This document shows positions 1 to 10,776 of a stretch of DNA of 64,000 nt, piece by piece. Both the position numbers and the translations under genes were made by a program. Below the pieces are notes generated by a model. It worked only from the letters and a program-made list of their open reading frames with translations. It did not search any database and had not been told where the DNA came from. This DNA is from Octopus vulgaris (Eukaryota). Location: positions 68,696,001 through 68,760,000 of the forward strand of contig OX597814.1 of the NCBI GenBank assembly GCA_951406725.2. Reading direction: 5' to 3'. Numbering within the stretch: the stretch's first letter is position 1; every line of letters starts with the position of its first letter.

Positions 1-143
1 TTCATCGTAGGAGGGAATTAGGACTAATGTCGATTCTGAGAATATTTTTTTTCTTGTTTTACTTCGGTTTTGTAAGGTACTTTTGACACTGGTTTGAGGA
101 TGATTTATTAAAAGGTTGGTCTTTTATTATTACATTCTTTAGA

Positions 144-320
144 TCAACTTTCATTTGGTTTTCTTCGTGTCAATATGATCAATAGGAAACAATAGATTAC
201 TAATGCCACAACTGCTAATATTGTTGCCACTAATATGACTACAAGAGATATCAGAGAGAAACGAGCATCTTCAATAAAAGTTTTAGTATAAAAAGCGTGT
301 GAATTTTCAAAGCTATGCAT
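144..320 (-). CDS. Candidate 58-aa single-pass membrane microprotein, or terminal coding exon
   Basis: Manual translation: MHSFENSHAFYTKTFIEDARFSLISLVVILVATILAVVALVIYCFLLIILTRRKPNES*. About 30 uninterrupted hydrophobic residues followed by RRK. It falls below the ORF-track cutoff and lies in non-repetitive sequence. AG acceptor-like sites occur upstream at about 379 and 406. Confidence 0.35.
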   Translation of the reverse strand: MHSFENSHAFYTKTFIEDARFSLISLVVILVATILAVVALVIYCFLLIILTRRKPNES

Positions 321-965
321 GCAAGATTTATTTCTTTTAATTCATTTCCTCGTTTATTTCCATGATCAAGTGATATAACTGAAACCGATAACATCCTTTT
401 CAAAACTGCAGACAAACCCAACCTTTTATGATAATGTCGTCAAAGCATTTACCTCATGTGTATGCATATGTAGCATACAAATATGTGTGATGTGTGTGTG
501 CGTGTGTTTGTGTGTGTTTGTATGTATTTCATCGATATATATATATAAACAACATACTCAAGAAAAAATATTTAGACATTCACAGAAAAAAACCTTCTGT
601 GAATCAATTTGTATTCTTAATCGTCTGTAAGATTCATCGAGAGTAATTTCAATGTTGTAAATAAATTGCTTGTAATTTTATCGCTAGTTAAGTATATTTC
701 AAGCCAATACTTGTAGACATATTCACAGTCCTGTTTTTTTATCCATGACGTAAAAATACTGCTAAAGTTTACACGTATATTTTTTTTTTTTTTTTAGAGA
801 ATGATTGTATAATTGCTTGCTTCTATTTTTTGTAAACATGCGCGAGACAAACTTTTGAATTTTTCTCAATAATTTGACGTGCCAGAATGCTTATTGAAAT
901 ATAATTGCACTGACAACGATGAAATCCCACGTAATCTTCATTATTTATATATAACTCCAAACCTT

Positions 966-1071
<106 letters not shown>

Positions 1072-1431
1072 CATTACGTAAAAACGTAACTCCAATTATA
1101 TATGAAATTTAGATTTGGCAGAAAGTAAAATGGGCAACTTTGTATAGAAACATTTTGTATATTCATAATTTAGTGAAATAATATATATAAAATAACACGT
1201 GCTGAAATGAAATGTTACAAATATCGAAAGCAACAATAATAATTTTCATGATACTAAATGTTAGCATGAAGTATCTGGCTTTCAACCGTCATCATTTCTT
1301 CAATGAATTAGATATAATAAGGAAATTTAGTTGATACCTGACATGGTCGTAAACGTCCAACATATTTACTAAATAACCTCACCGTGGAAAGTAAAAGACG
1401 AAAAAAGTGTCTAATGTTAATTTTAAATTTT

Positions 1432-1605
1432 GGTACAAGGCCAGTAATTTCGAGTGAGGCGGGTAAGTCGATTACATCAACCCCACCGAAAGGTTGAAAG
1501 GCAAAATCGATCTCGGCAGAATTAGAACTCTTGACGTAAATACGGATGAAATGCCACTGAGCATTTTCCCTGATGTGTTTACAATTCTGCCAGCTTACCG
1601 CCTTA
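1432..1605 (-). mobile_element. Decayed tRNA-derived SINE
   Basis: Minus strand begins AGGCGGTAAGCTGGCAGAAT (A-box-like), with GAGTTCTAATTC (B-box-like) and a GATTTTGCCTTTCAACCTTTCGG body. A related head lies at about 16079-16135. Confidence 0.65.
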
Positions 1606-2639
1606 AAAGTATCTAATAATAATATCATTCAACCTGATTTTGTAATAAGTAGTAGAGCTGAAACTTAAAATGAAATTTTGCAGAACTGTAAAGTATATTC
1701 GAGTAGTGGTGAATGTAAAAGAAACCAGAAATATCTCTGTTCACTGTGAGGTTGTACAATAAACATTACAGACGTTTACGACTGTCTTATATATCCAAGA
1801 AATTTTATAAATTTACAAAATTATTTACTGTAAATATACTCCATAATAAATCTTAATATGAAAAGTAAACACTGCATATCAGTAATTAACGTAATTCGTA
1901 TAATATACGCAAATTTCCATTTGAAAATTCTATAGTTATGGCCTTTCAAAATCGTATATGGGAACACACACACACACACTAACACGAATTTATACACATC
2001 CTCACACATATTTACACTAACACACACATATATACAAAGTAAATGATACATGCCCACAATGCCATGCCTTAGGATTCCCGAAAATGTATGATTGCCAAGA
2101 GAATTTCTTGCCCATGCAATCATTTCTATAAAGGCAGGCGCGCACGCACACACACACACACACACACACACAGAGGCACTCTTACATGCGCATGTGTGCA
2201 TATGTGGAAGTGTATGTATTGAAACTATTCTTCCAAATGCTTGTATATTATCCATGACAAAGCATTCTACTTACTTCTTTGTTTTCCATTTACTTTTGTG
2301 GTTGTTTGTTCTCCGCCAGCCAGGATGGTTATGTAACTTCAACTTTTTACTTGTAAAAAATTAAGCATACATAATAGTTTAAATACACAAATTAATGTAG
2401 CTGCATTATAGTGGAATAGTTAGAAATTCGCTTAGCCATCACAAAGTGCCATGTTCGATTCAGCAGCCTGGTATATATGTAACTGTAATTCCAAGACCAG
2501 CTATATCGCAAACAGTCACGCCGATCCTGCATGATAATTATATTTAAGTGTATACGTGTCGATGGAATAATCTCCTAACTCAAGAAACCTGAGAGTTTAG
2601 TTGATCAAACAACTGAACACACATAATCTGTATGGCAGA

Positions 2640-2952
2640 TGACACTCCGTTGGCTACGATGACAAGGGTTTCAGTTGATCCGATTAATGGAATACCCTGC
2701 CCGTGAAATTAACGTGCATGTTGCTGAGTACTCCACACTCGTACCCTTAACGTACTCCTCAAGGAGATTTAGCGTGTAACAAAGTGTGACAAGGCTGATC
2801 CTTTGAAATACAGGAACTACTCATTTTACCAGCTAAGTAACCTGGAGCAACGTGAAATAAAGTGTTTTTCTCAAGGACACAACGCATCGCCTGGAATTGA
2901 ACTCACAACTTTACGATCTTGAGCCGAATACCCTAGACCCTAAGCCACGCGT
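2640..2952 (-). mobile_element. tRNA-derived SINE (second family)
   Basis: Minus strand GCGTGGCTTAGGG...GAGTTCAATTCC (A/B boxes), followed by GTGTCCTTGAGAAAAACACTTTATTTCACGTTGCTCCAG. A related copy lies at about 31100-31310. Confidence 0.7.
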
Positions 2953-2955
2953 CTA

Positions 2956-3037
<82 letters not shown>

Positions 3038-3103
3038 GGTCCCGGGTTGAGTCGAGGTTAACCACAGTGAATAAGGTACTCAATACATAGCAGAGTAAAG
3101 TAA

Positions 3104-3202
3104 TTTATTTTATAGAAGGAGCTTCTACAGGACTAGAACTGTTTCATTCCAATGAAATCTTCAGGAAGTTCTAGTCCTGTAGAAGCTCCTTCTATAAAAT
3201 AA
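3104..3202. repeat. Perfect 36-bp inverted repeat around a 27-nt loop
   Basis: TTATTTTATAGAAGGAGCTTCTACAGGACTAGAACT / AGTTCTAGTCCTGTAGAAGCTCCTTCTATAAAATAA. The loop read on the minus strand contains CTGAAGA..GAAAC. Confidence 0.9.
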
Positions 3203-3387
3203 TATATATATATATATATATGGCAAATAAGAAAATGGAGCCTGTAAGTATTCATTTATAGCTATTTATTAATTACAATCATATGTATAAATAATCAGAA
3301 TAAACAAATGAAATAAGCAAATAAACAAGTAAATAAATAGATAAAATTAAATAAATAAATAAGAATAAACGATTGAAAAATACTTAA

Positions 3388-3531
3388 CTCTTACAGCTGT
3401 TTCCACTATGGGGTTGCCCAATCTGCCAGGTTTTCCACATCATACCAGTAATATACAGGGATTGTACAAAGGTTGAATAAACATGAGATAGGGGTTGGAC
3501 AATGATTGAGCCCCAAAGCTTCATCAGAGAG
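3388..3531 (-). ncRNA. Type I hammerhead ribozyme with long stem II, in a probable PLE pLTR
   Basis: Minus RNA: CUCU-CUGAUGA-[A GCUUUGGGG...CCCCAUAGU G]-GAAA-CAGCUG-UA-AGAG. Stem III ACAGCUGU is palindromic; the triplet is GUA. Confidence 0.7.
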
Positions 3532-4132
3532 ACAATAATGTTAGGAATCTAACATGTGAGGAAGGTAAAATAATAAAGTAAAATAAAATAAAACAGCATA
3601 ATAGAAATAGTAAGGAATTGTAAAAACGTCAATTCCAAGGTGATGTCCATAAGCTATGGGACTACATCTTATGATAAAGAAAGTCACTTCCAGGAGTAAC
3701 TTCCACAGGTTATGAGAGTTACATCCTATTTCAATTTTACTGGGGGAAGTGGCGAGGGTAAGACGTTGTGGAGTGAGTTTAAAGGGATGGTCCATATCAC
3801 AGGGGGCAAAAGTTAGGTCCCCTAATATTTGAAAACAATGGCGTTTTTCAGGGCCGTTAAATCTATCAATGAAATGCAAGACAAATAAAAACAAAAAATA
3901 AAAACATTTAAGGAATGAATTGTCTAAGGGGCCTTATTTATGGGCGATGAATAGTACTTACGGTTATGGATATAGTATTTTTTATGAATATATCTGAGAT
4001 ATATATCAAATTGTCTCAACGGAATAAATAAAGGATGAAGCAATGAATGAAAAAATAAGCGCTACTGGACTTTTGCGGAAGGAGATAGCCGATTAGTACT
4101 TTAACGTATTAAAATATAGAGAGAAATTATGC

Positions 4133-4847
4133 ACTAAAGGTGTCCAAAAAAAATTATACACACTCTAGATAATTGTAAAGTAGGTGTTTATTAAAATACA
4201 TTTCGTTTTCAAAATTTAATAGAATCTACAGATATTATTTTATTGTTTTGTCAACAACTGTTTTCAAACTGACGTCCGTTCTGGTCCAGGCACTGCTGGC
4301 AGCGCGAAGCAATGGAATTGCAAACATCATGAAACAATTCGTTTGCTGTTTGTCTATATTCTCGTTCAATGGCTGCTCTCAAATCAGCGACCGTTGCAGG
4401 TTTCATAGCATAGACTTTGTCTTTTAAGTATCCTCATAAAAAAATATAGGGGTGTGAGGTCTGGTGAAGGCAGGGTGTATTCAACAAAACCCCTTCATCC
4501 AATCCACCTGTTTAGCAAGATCTCATCAAGGAAGGATCTAAAATCGCGATGGTAGTGTGGGGGGTGCCCCATCTTGCTGAAAACAAAACTTATCTTCAAA
4601 GTCTTTTCTGATGCTTGCATTGACAGACTGTTGCAGCAAGTTCAACTAAATGTGACCAGTCACAGTAGCGTCAAAAACGAATGGTCCAATTAATCCCCTT
4701 CATGATAAGCCACACCACACTGTAACTCCTGGTAAATTAACATGGTGTTCCACCATAACATGCAGATTATCAGGTCCTCAGTAGATGCAATTGTAGCGGT
4801 TAATTGAATAATATAATTTGAATGTTGCATCCATCGCTCCACAAAAT

Positions 4848-4850
<3 letters not shown>
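4133..4850 (-). mobile_element. Truncated IS630-Tc1-mariner relic, DD41D (rosa-like) transposase C-terminus
   Basis: Minus translation FQQDGAP(fs)HYHRDF...RWIG*RG...SPDLTPLYFF..GYLKDKVYAMKP. There are 41 residues between the 2nd and 3rd catalytic positions after correcting one frameshift. Cut off at (TA)n. Confidence 0.75.
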
Positions 4851-4900
<50 letters not shown>

Positions 4901-5277
4901 TGAATATGTATGTATTTATATCGTTGCTATAATGTTAAACTGTCATATGTCTAAATTTCGCCAAATGCGATTTTTTTTTCAATATTTAATTTTGCTTGCA
5001 ATAGCCGGTTCTTTTGGTCAAACTAAGATATGAAAATTGTCAAAGTGTATTTCAGCGGTTTCGCATTTTTCAAAAACGTAGTAAGTCCCAAAAATATTTC
5101 TAACTGAAAATATCATACATGCATGGAGTACCGATTTTATGCAGCCAACAAAATATTGTTGTTAAGCTGAAACTGTTGCCAATATGAAAAGAGAATGGTG
5201 AAACTATTTTTTCACTTCTGAAAAAGCAACGTTTTGGACTTAAGACACTTTTGCATAATAGCAACGATTTCGATCTA

Positions 5278-5358
<81 letters not shown>

Positions 5359-5481
5359 TTAATAAGGGTGAGAGAATTAGATACTAATTTAATAGTATAT
5401 TTATTCCACACCAAGTGGCCTAGTGCTACGAGAAACCTGGATTATTATAATATTTTATAACATATTATAATATTTTCACAA

Positions 5482-5530
5482 AATAAATATAAGAGAGTGG
5501 TCACTATATTGATCACTCTCTTATATTTAT

Positions 5531-5531
<1 letters not shown>
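5482..5531. repeat. Hairpin with 18-bp perfect stem plus wobble extension
   Basis: AATAAATATAAGAGAGTG-GTCACTATATTGAT-CACTCTCTTATATTTATT. Confidence 0.85.
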
Positions 5532-5579
<48 letters not shown>

Positions 5580-5589
5580 CATACATACA

Positions 5590-5660
<71 letters not shown>

Positions 5661-5663
<3 letters not shown>

Positions 5664-8600
5664 AATCAAGGAACGGCCATAATAGGCCATTCACCCACTA
5701 GAAATAACAGCCAAAGCTTCAACCGCAAAATAACATTAATTCCGCAAACCAGGAGAAAATTAAAAAAAACATTTACCCTGTAATTTCTTATACGATGCAC
5801 CGTTTCATCTATTGTTTAATGGTAAACTAACCTGATTAAATTAAATCAAGCCAATCTTCCATAGGCCCTTAGATTCGTCAGTAAGAAATAGCCAGATCGG
5901 AACAGATATTTTCACGAGGCACTTCTGTCCCTGCCTCGGCAATATCTGACCTAAAATTTTCAAATCATCGCACTCGCGCCAAATTTATCGGCAGCAAATA
6001 AATATAAGCCGCCGATTCCATTACGGAATTAACCAGAAAATTCATAATTAATCAATATAGGGTGGCAAAAAATTTTGTAGAATTTTTTTGCCACCAGCGG
6101 CCTAGTGGGAAAAAATTAAATAGTCATAGACCATTTATAAGTTCAACATCACAATCAAGGAACGGCCATAATAGGCCATTCACCCACTAGAAATAACAGC
6201 CAAAGCTTCAACCGCAAAATAACATTAATTCCGCAAACCAGGAGAAAATTAAAAAAACATTTACCCTGTAATTTCTTATACGATGCACCGTTTCATCTAT
6301 TGTTTAATGGTAAACTAACCTGATTAAATTAAATCAAGCCAATCTTCCATAGGCCCTTAGATTCGTCAGTAAGAAATAGCCAGATCGGAACAGATATTTT
6401 CACGAGGCACTTCTGTCCCTGCCTCGGCAATATCTGACCTAAACTTTTCAAATCATCGCACTCGCGCCAAATTTATCGGCAGCAAATAAATATAAGCCGC
6501 CGATTCCATTACGGAATTAACCAGAAAATTCATAATTAATCAATATAGGGTGGCAAAAAATTTTGTAGAATTTTTTTGCCACCAGCGGCCTAGTGGGAAA
6601 AAATTAAATAGTCATAGACCATTTATAAGTTCAACATCACAATCAAGGAACGGCCATAATAGGCCATTCACCCACTAGAAATAACAGCCAAAGCTTCAAC
6701 CGCAAAATAACATTAATTCCGCAAACCAGGAGAAAATTAAAAAAACATTTACCCTGTAATTTCTTATACGATGCACCGTTTCATCTATTGTTTAATGGTA
6801 AACTAACCTGATTAAATTAAATCAAGCCAATCTTCCATAGGCCCTTAGATTCGTCAGTAAGAAATAGCCAGATCGGAACAGATATTTTCACGAGGCACTT
6901 CTGTCCCTGCCTCGGCAATATCTGACCTAAAATTTTCAAATCATCGCACTCGCGCCAAATTTATCGGCAGCAAATAAATATAAGCCGCCGATTCCATTAC
7001 GGAATTAACCAGAAAATTCATAATTAATCAATATAGGGTGGCAAAAAATTTTGTAGAATTTTTTTGCCACCAGCGGCCTAGTGGGAAAAAATTAAATAGT
7101 CATAGACCATTTATAAGTTCAACATCACAATCAAGGAACGGCCATAATAGGCCATTCACCCACTAGAAATAACAGCCAAAGCTTCAACCGCAAAATAACA
7201 TTAATTCCGCAAACCAGGAGAAAATTAAAAAAACATTTACCCTGTAATTTCTTATACGATGCACCGTTTCATCTATTGTTTAATGGTAAACTAACCTGAT
7301 TAAATTAAATCAAGCCAATCTTCCATAGGCCCTTAGATTCGTCAGTAAGAAATAGCCAGATCGGAACAGATATTTTCACGAGGCACTTCTGTCCCTGCCT
7401 CGGCAATATCTGACCTAAAATTTTCAAATCATCGCACTCGCGCCAAATTTATCGGCAGCAAATAAATATAAGCCGCCGATTCCATTACGGAATTAACCAG
7501 AAAATTCATAATTAATCAATATAGGGTGGCAAAAAATTTTGTAGAATTTTTTTGCCACCAGCGGCCTAGTGGGAAAAAATTAAATAGTCATAGACCATTT
7601 ATAAGTTCAACATCACAATCAAGGAACGGCCATAATAGGCCATTCACCCACTAGAAATAACAGCCAAAGCTTCAACCGCAAAATAACATTAATTCCGCAA
7701 ACCAGGAGAAAATTAAAAAAACATTTACCCTGTAATTTCTTATACGATGCACCGTTTCATCTATTGTTTAATGGTAAACTAACCTGATTAAATTAAATCA
7801 AGCCAATCTTCCATAGGCCCTTAGATTCGTCAGTAAGAAATAGCCAGATCGGAACAGATATTTTCACGAGGCACTTCTGTCCCTGCCTCGGCAATATCTG
7901 ACCTAAACTTTTCAAATCATCGCACTCGCGCCAAATTTATCGGCAGCAAATAAATATAAGCCGCCGATTCCATTACGGAATTAACCAGAAAATTCATAAT
8001 TAATCAATATAGGGTGGCAAAAAATTTTGTAGAATTTTTTTGCCACCAGCGGCCTAGTGGGAAAAAATTAAATAGTCATAGACCATTTATAAGTTCAACA
8101 TCACAATCAAGGAACGGCCATAATAGGCCATTCACCCACTAGAAATAACAGCCAAAGCTTCAACCGCAAAATAACATTAATTCCGCAAACCAGGAGAAAA
8201 TTAAAAAAACATTTACCCTGTAATTTCTTATACGATGCACCGTTTCATCTATTGTTTAATGGTAAACTAACCTGATTAAATTAAATCAAGCCAATCTTCC
8301 ATAGGCCCTTAGATTCGTCAGTAAGAAATAGCCAGATCGGAACAGATATTTTCACGAGGCACTTCTGTCCCTGCCTCGGCAATATCTGACCTAAAATTTT
8401 CAAATCATCGCACTCGCGCCAAATTTATCGGCAGCAAATAAATATAAGCCGCCGATTCCATTACGGAATTAACCAGAAAATTCATAATTAATCAATATAG
8501 GGTGGCAAAAAATTTTGTAGAATTTTTTTGCCACCAGCGGCCTAGTGGGAAAAAATTAAATAGTCATAGACCATTTATAAGTTCAACATCACAATCAAGG

Positions 8601-9181
8601 AACGGCCATAATAGGCCATTCACCCACTAGAAATAACAGCCAAAGCTTCAACCGCAAAATAACATTAATTCCGCAAACCAGGAGAAAATTAAAAAAACAT
8701 TTACCCTGTAATTTCTTATACGATGCACCGTTTCATCTATTGTTTAATGGTAAACTAACCTGATTAAATTAAATCAAGCCAATCTTCCATAGGCCCTTAG
8801 ATTCGTCAGTAAGAAATAGCCAGATCGGAACAGATATTTTCACGAGGCACTTCTGTCCCTGCCTCGGCAATATCTGACCTAAAATTTTCAAATCATCGCA
8901 CTCGCGCCAAATTTATCGGCAGCAAATAAATATAAGCCGCCGATTCCATTACGGAATTAACCAGAAAATTCATAATTAATCAATATAGGGTGGCAAAAAA
9001 TTTTGTAGAATTTTTTTGCCACCAGCGGCCTAGTGGGAAAAAATTAAATAGTCATAGACCATTTATAAGTTCAACATCACAATCAAGGAACGGCCATAAT
9101 AGGCCATTCACCCACTAGAAATAACAGCCAAAGCTTCAACCGCAAAATAACATTAATTCCGCAAACCAGGAGAAAATTAAA
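5661..9181 (-). mobile_element. Tandem array of 7 full plus 1 partial 488-bp hammerhead-bearing units (retrozyme-like / PLE pLTR array)
   Basis: Unit starts (CACAATCAAGG) at 5661, 6150, 6638, 7126, 7614, 8102, 8590 and 9078. Units are nearly identical, non-coding and flanked by (TA)n on both sides. Each full unit has one complete hammerhead. Confidence 0.9.
5783..5889 (-). ncRNA. Type I hammerhead ribozyme (unit 1; identical copies at 6271-6377, 6759-6865, 7247-7353, 7735-7841, 8223-8329, 8711-8817)
   Basis: Minus RNA: stem I AUUUCUUA, core CUGACGA, stem II AUCUA...UAGAU with nested helices, GAAA, stem III ACGGUGCAUCGU, triplet GUA, stem I' UAAGAAAU. All conserved core nucleotides are present. 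Predicted cleavage is between 5791 and 5790. Confidence 0.9.
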
Positions 9182-9386
9182 ATATATATATATATATATA
9201 TTTCGTTTTGGGATTTGGTTTGCAAGATTCTTTATGTGAGTTCGCTTGTTGAAGCATATTCTGTTGTGTCTGGGGAGAGTCATTCTCTTTTAGTGCCTTA
9301 TAATTTAACACACTCACCGGTAAAATTTCCATTTATTTCTTTTTTTATTTTTCTAAAAATGTTCGTTACGTCTTGCAATCTTTTCA

Positions 9387-9498
9387 ATGTATGTATGTAT
9401 GTATGTATGTATGTATGTATGTATGTATGTATGTATGTATGTATGTATGTATGTATGTATGTATGTATGTATGTATGTATGTATGTATGTATGTATGT
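9387..9498. repeat. (TGTA)n microsatellite
   Basis: Directly visible. Confidence 0.95.
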
Positions 9499-10776
9499 CT
9501 TCTACTCGGGATGTGACATGTAAAATAATTATGATTAAACTTTTATCAAATTGCTTATACAAGAGGATGAAATTAATGCTAATTTTCAAAAGAAAACTAT
9601 TTATTGTTTTATTTCTTATTTGTATATTTTCAATACATACGTAATTTTTCGTATTTTTATCAGCATTATCGCAATCTACTTCATCGACAACTTATCTTTG
9701 CGAGTTTTTATCGGTCATTCTGTAACATTTTGTTACTCATTGCTTGTCACAATGCTTAGTATTTTAACTCTCTGCGTCTCCTCTCTTGTTTGTCTTATAT
9801 GTTGTAAAGTGTGACTGAGAAATCAATCAACCAGCATTTATAGCGGTTATTATGCATATGTGTGTGTGCACGGACGTGTGACTGTGTATGTATTTATATA
9901 TAAATGTATAAGAGTATGTATATGTATAGATATGCGTCTGTGTGTGCATGTACGAGCATATATGCTTGAGTATGTGTGTTTTGCGTACAATATTCAATAA
10001 CGTTTATCGAATAATTATACTACAAAATTCATAGCTGCTATTCTTCTGATATCAATACTAATATTGTTAGGGCCTCAATGTACACAATCTCTTCAATTTG
10101 ACTAAACATATCAATAGACTCAAGTAATTGATCTTGTGTCCCAGGAAATGTAAATGGTATTCCAGGGAATTGCTATTCTTAGTCTTTTTTATGCGAAATA
10201 CTTTATTCATTCTTTTTGTTTCTAGTTTCTTGTTATTTTGCAATACAGATATTGATTTTATCATATCGGTAAAATCAATATATATCCTATTTTTAAAAGG
10301 TAATATCTTGTACATCTACACTGACAAACGTACGCTAGCATGCCTAGCAGACTAAACGATACAATACTAAAGTCAACATATTTAATAATCTGACCATGAG
10401 ACAAAATACTTCTGTATCAGGGCACATATACGTGTGTGTGTGTGCGTGTGTGAGTGTGTGTGTGCGTGCGCAGATACATCACCTACTTAAATTTTCAGCA
10501 GAGAAATTTGATGTTACTCCTGAAACATTTATGGTGTCACTATTTCAGTGAGAAAATATATTTTGAAATAGGGTCTCTGTACACGCACGCCTGTATGTGT
10601 GTGGGCTACACATACGCAACACCAAGTACGCGTGCGTGCACCCACACATACATGTTACCGTAATGTCAATGCCAAGCAGTGTTTAGGCATAAGAGAACTT
10701 TAGGTTAGTTAAAATATATTTATGACATATTTCAACTGCTAAAAGGCAAATTTCAGCAGTTACTGCGGATGAAATA

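Noticed and set aside
143-290. Plus-strand exon after the TTCTTTAG acceptor
   Set aside because: All three frames stop within about 20 codons.
5661-9181. CRISPR array, rDNA/5S array or simple satellite
   Set aside because: No unique spacers and no rRNA or tRNA similarity recognised. The context is eukaryotic, and the ribozyme explains the unit better.
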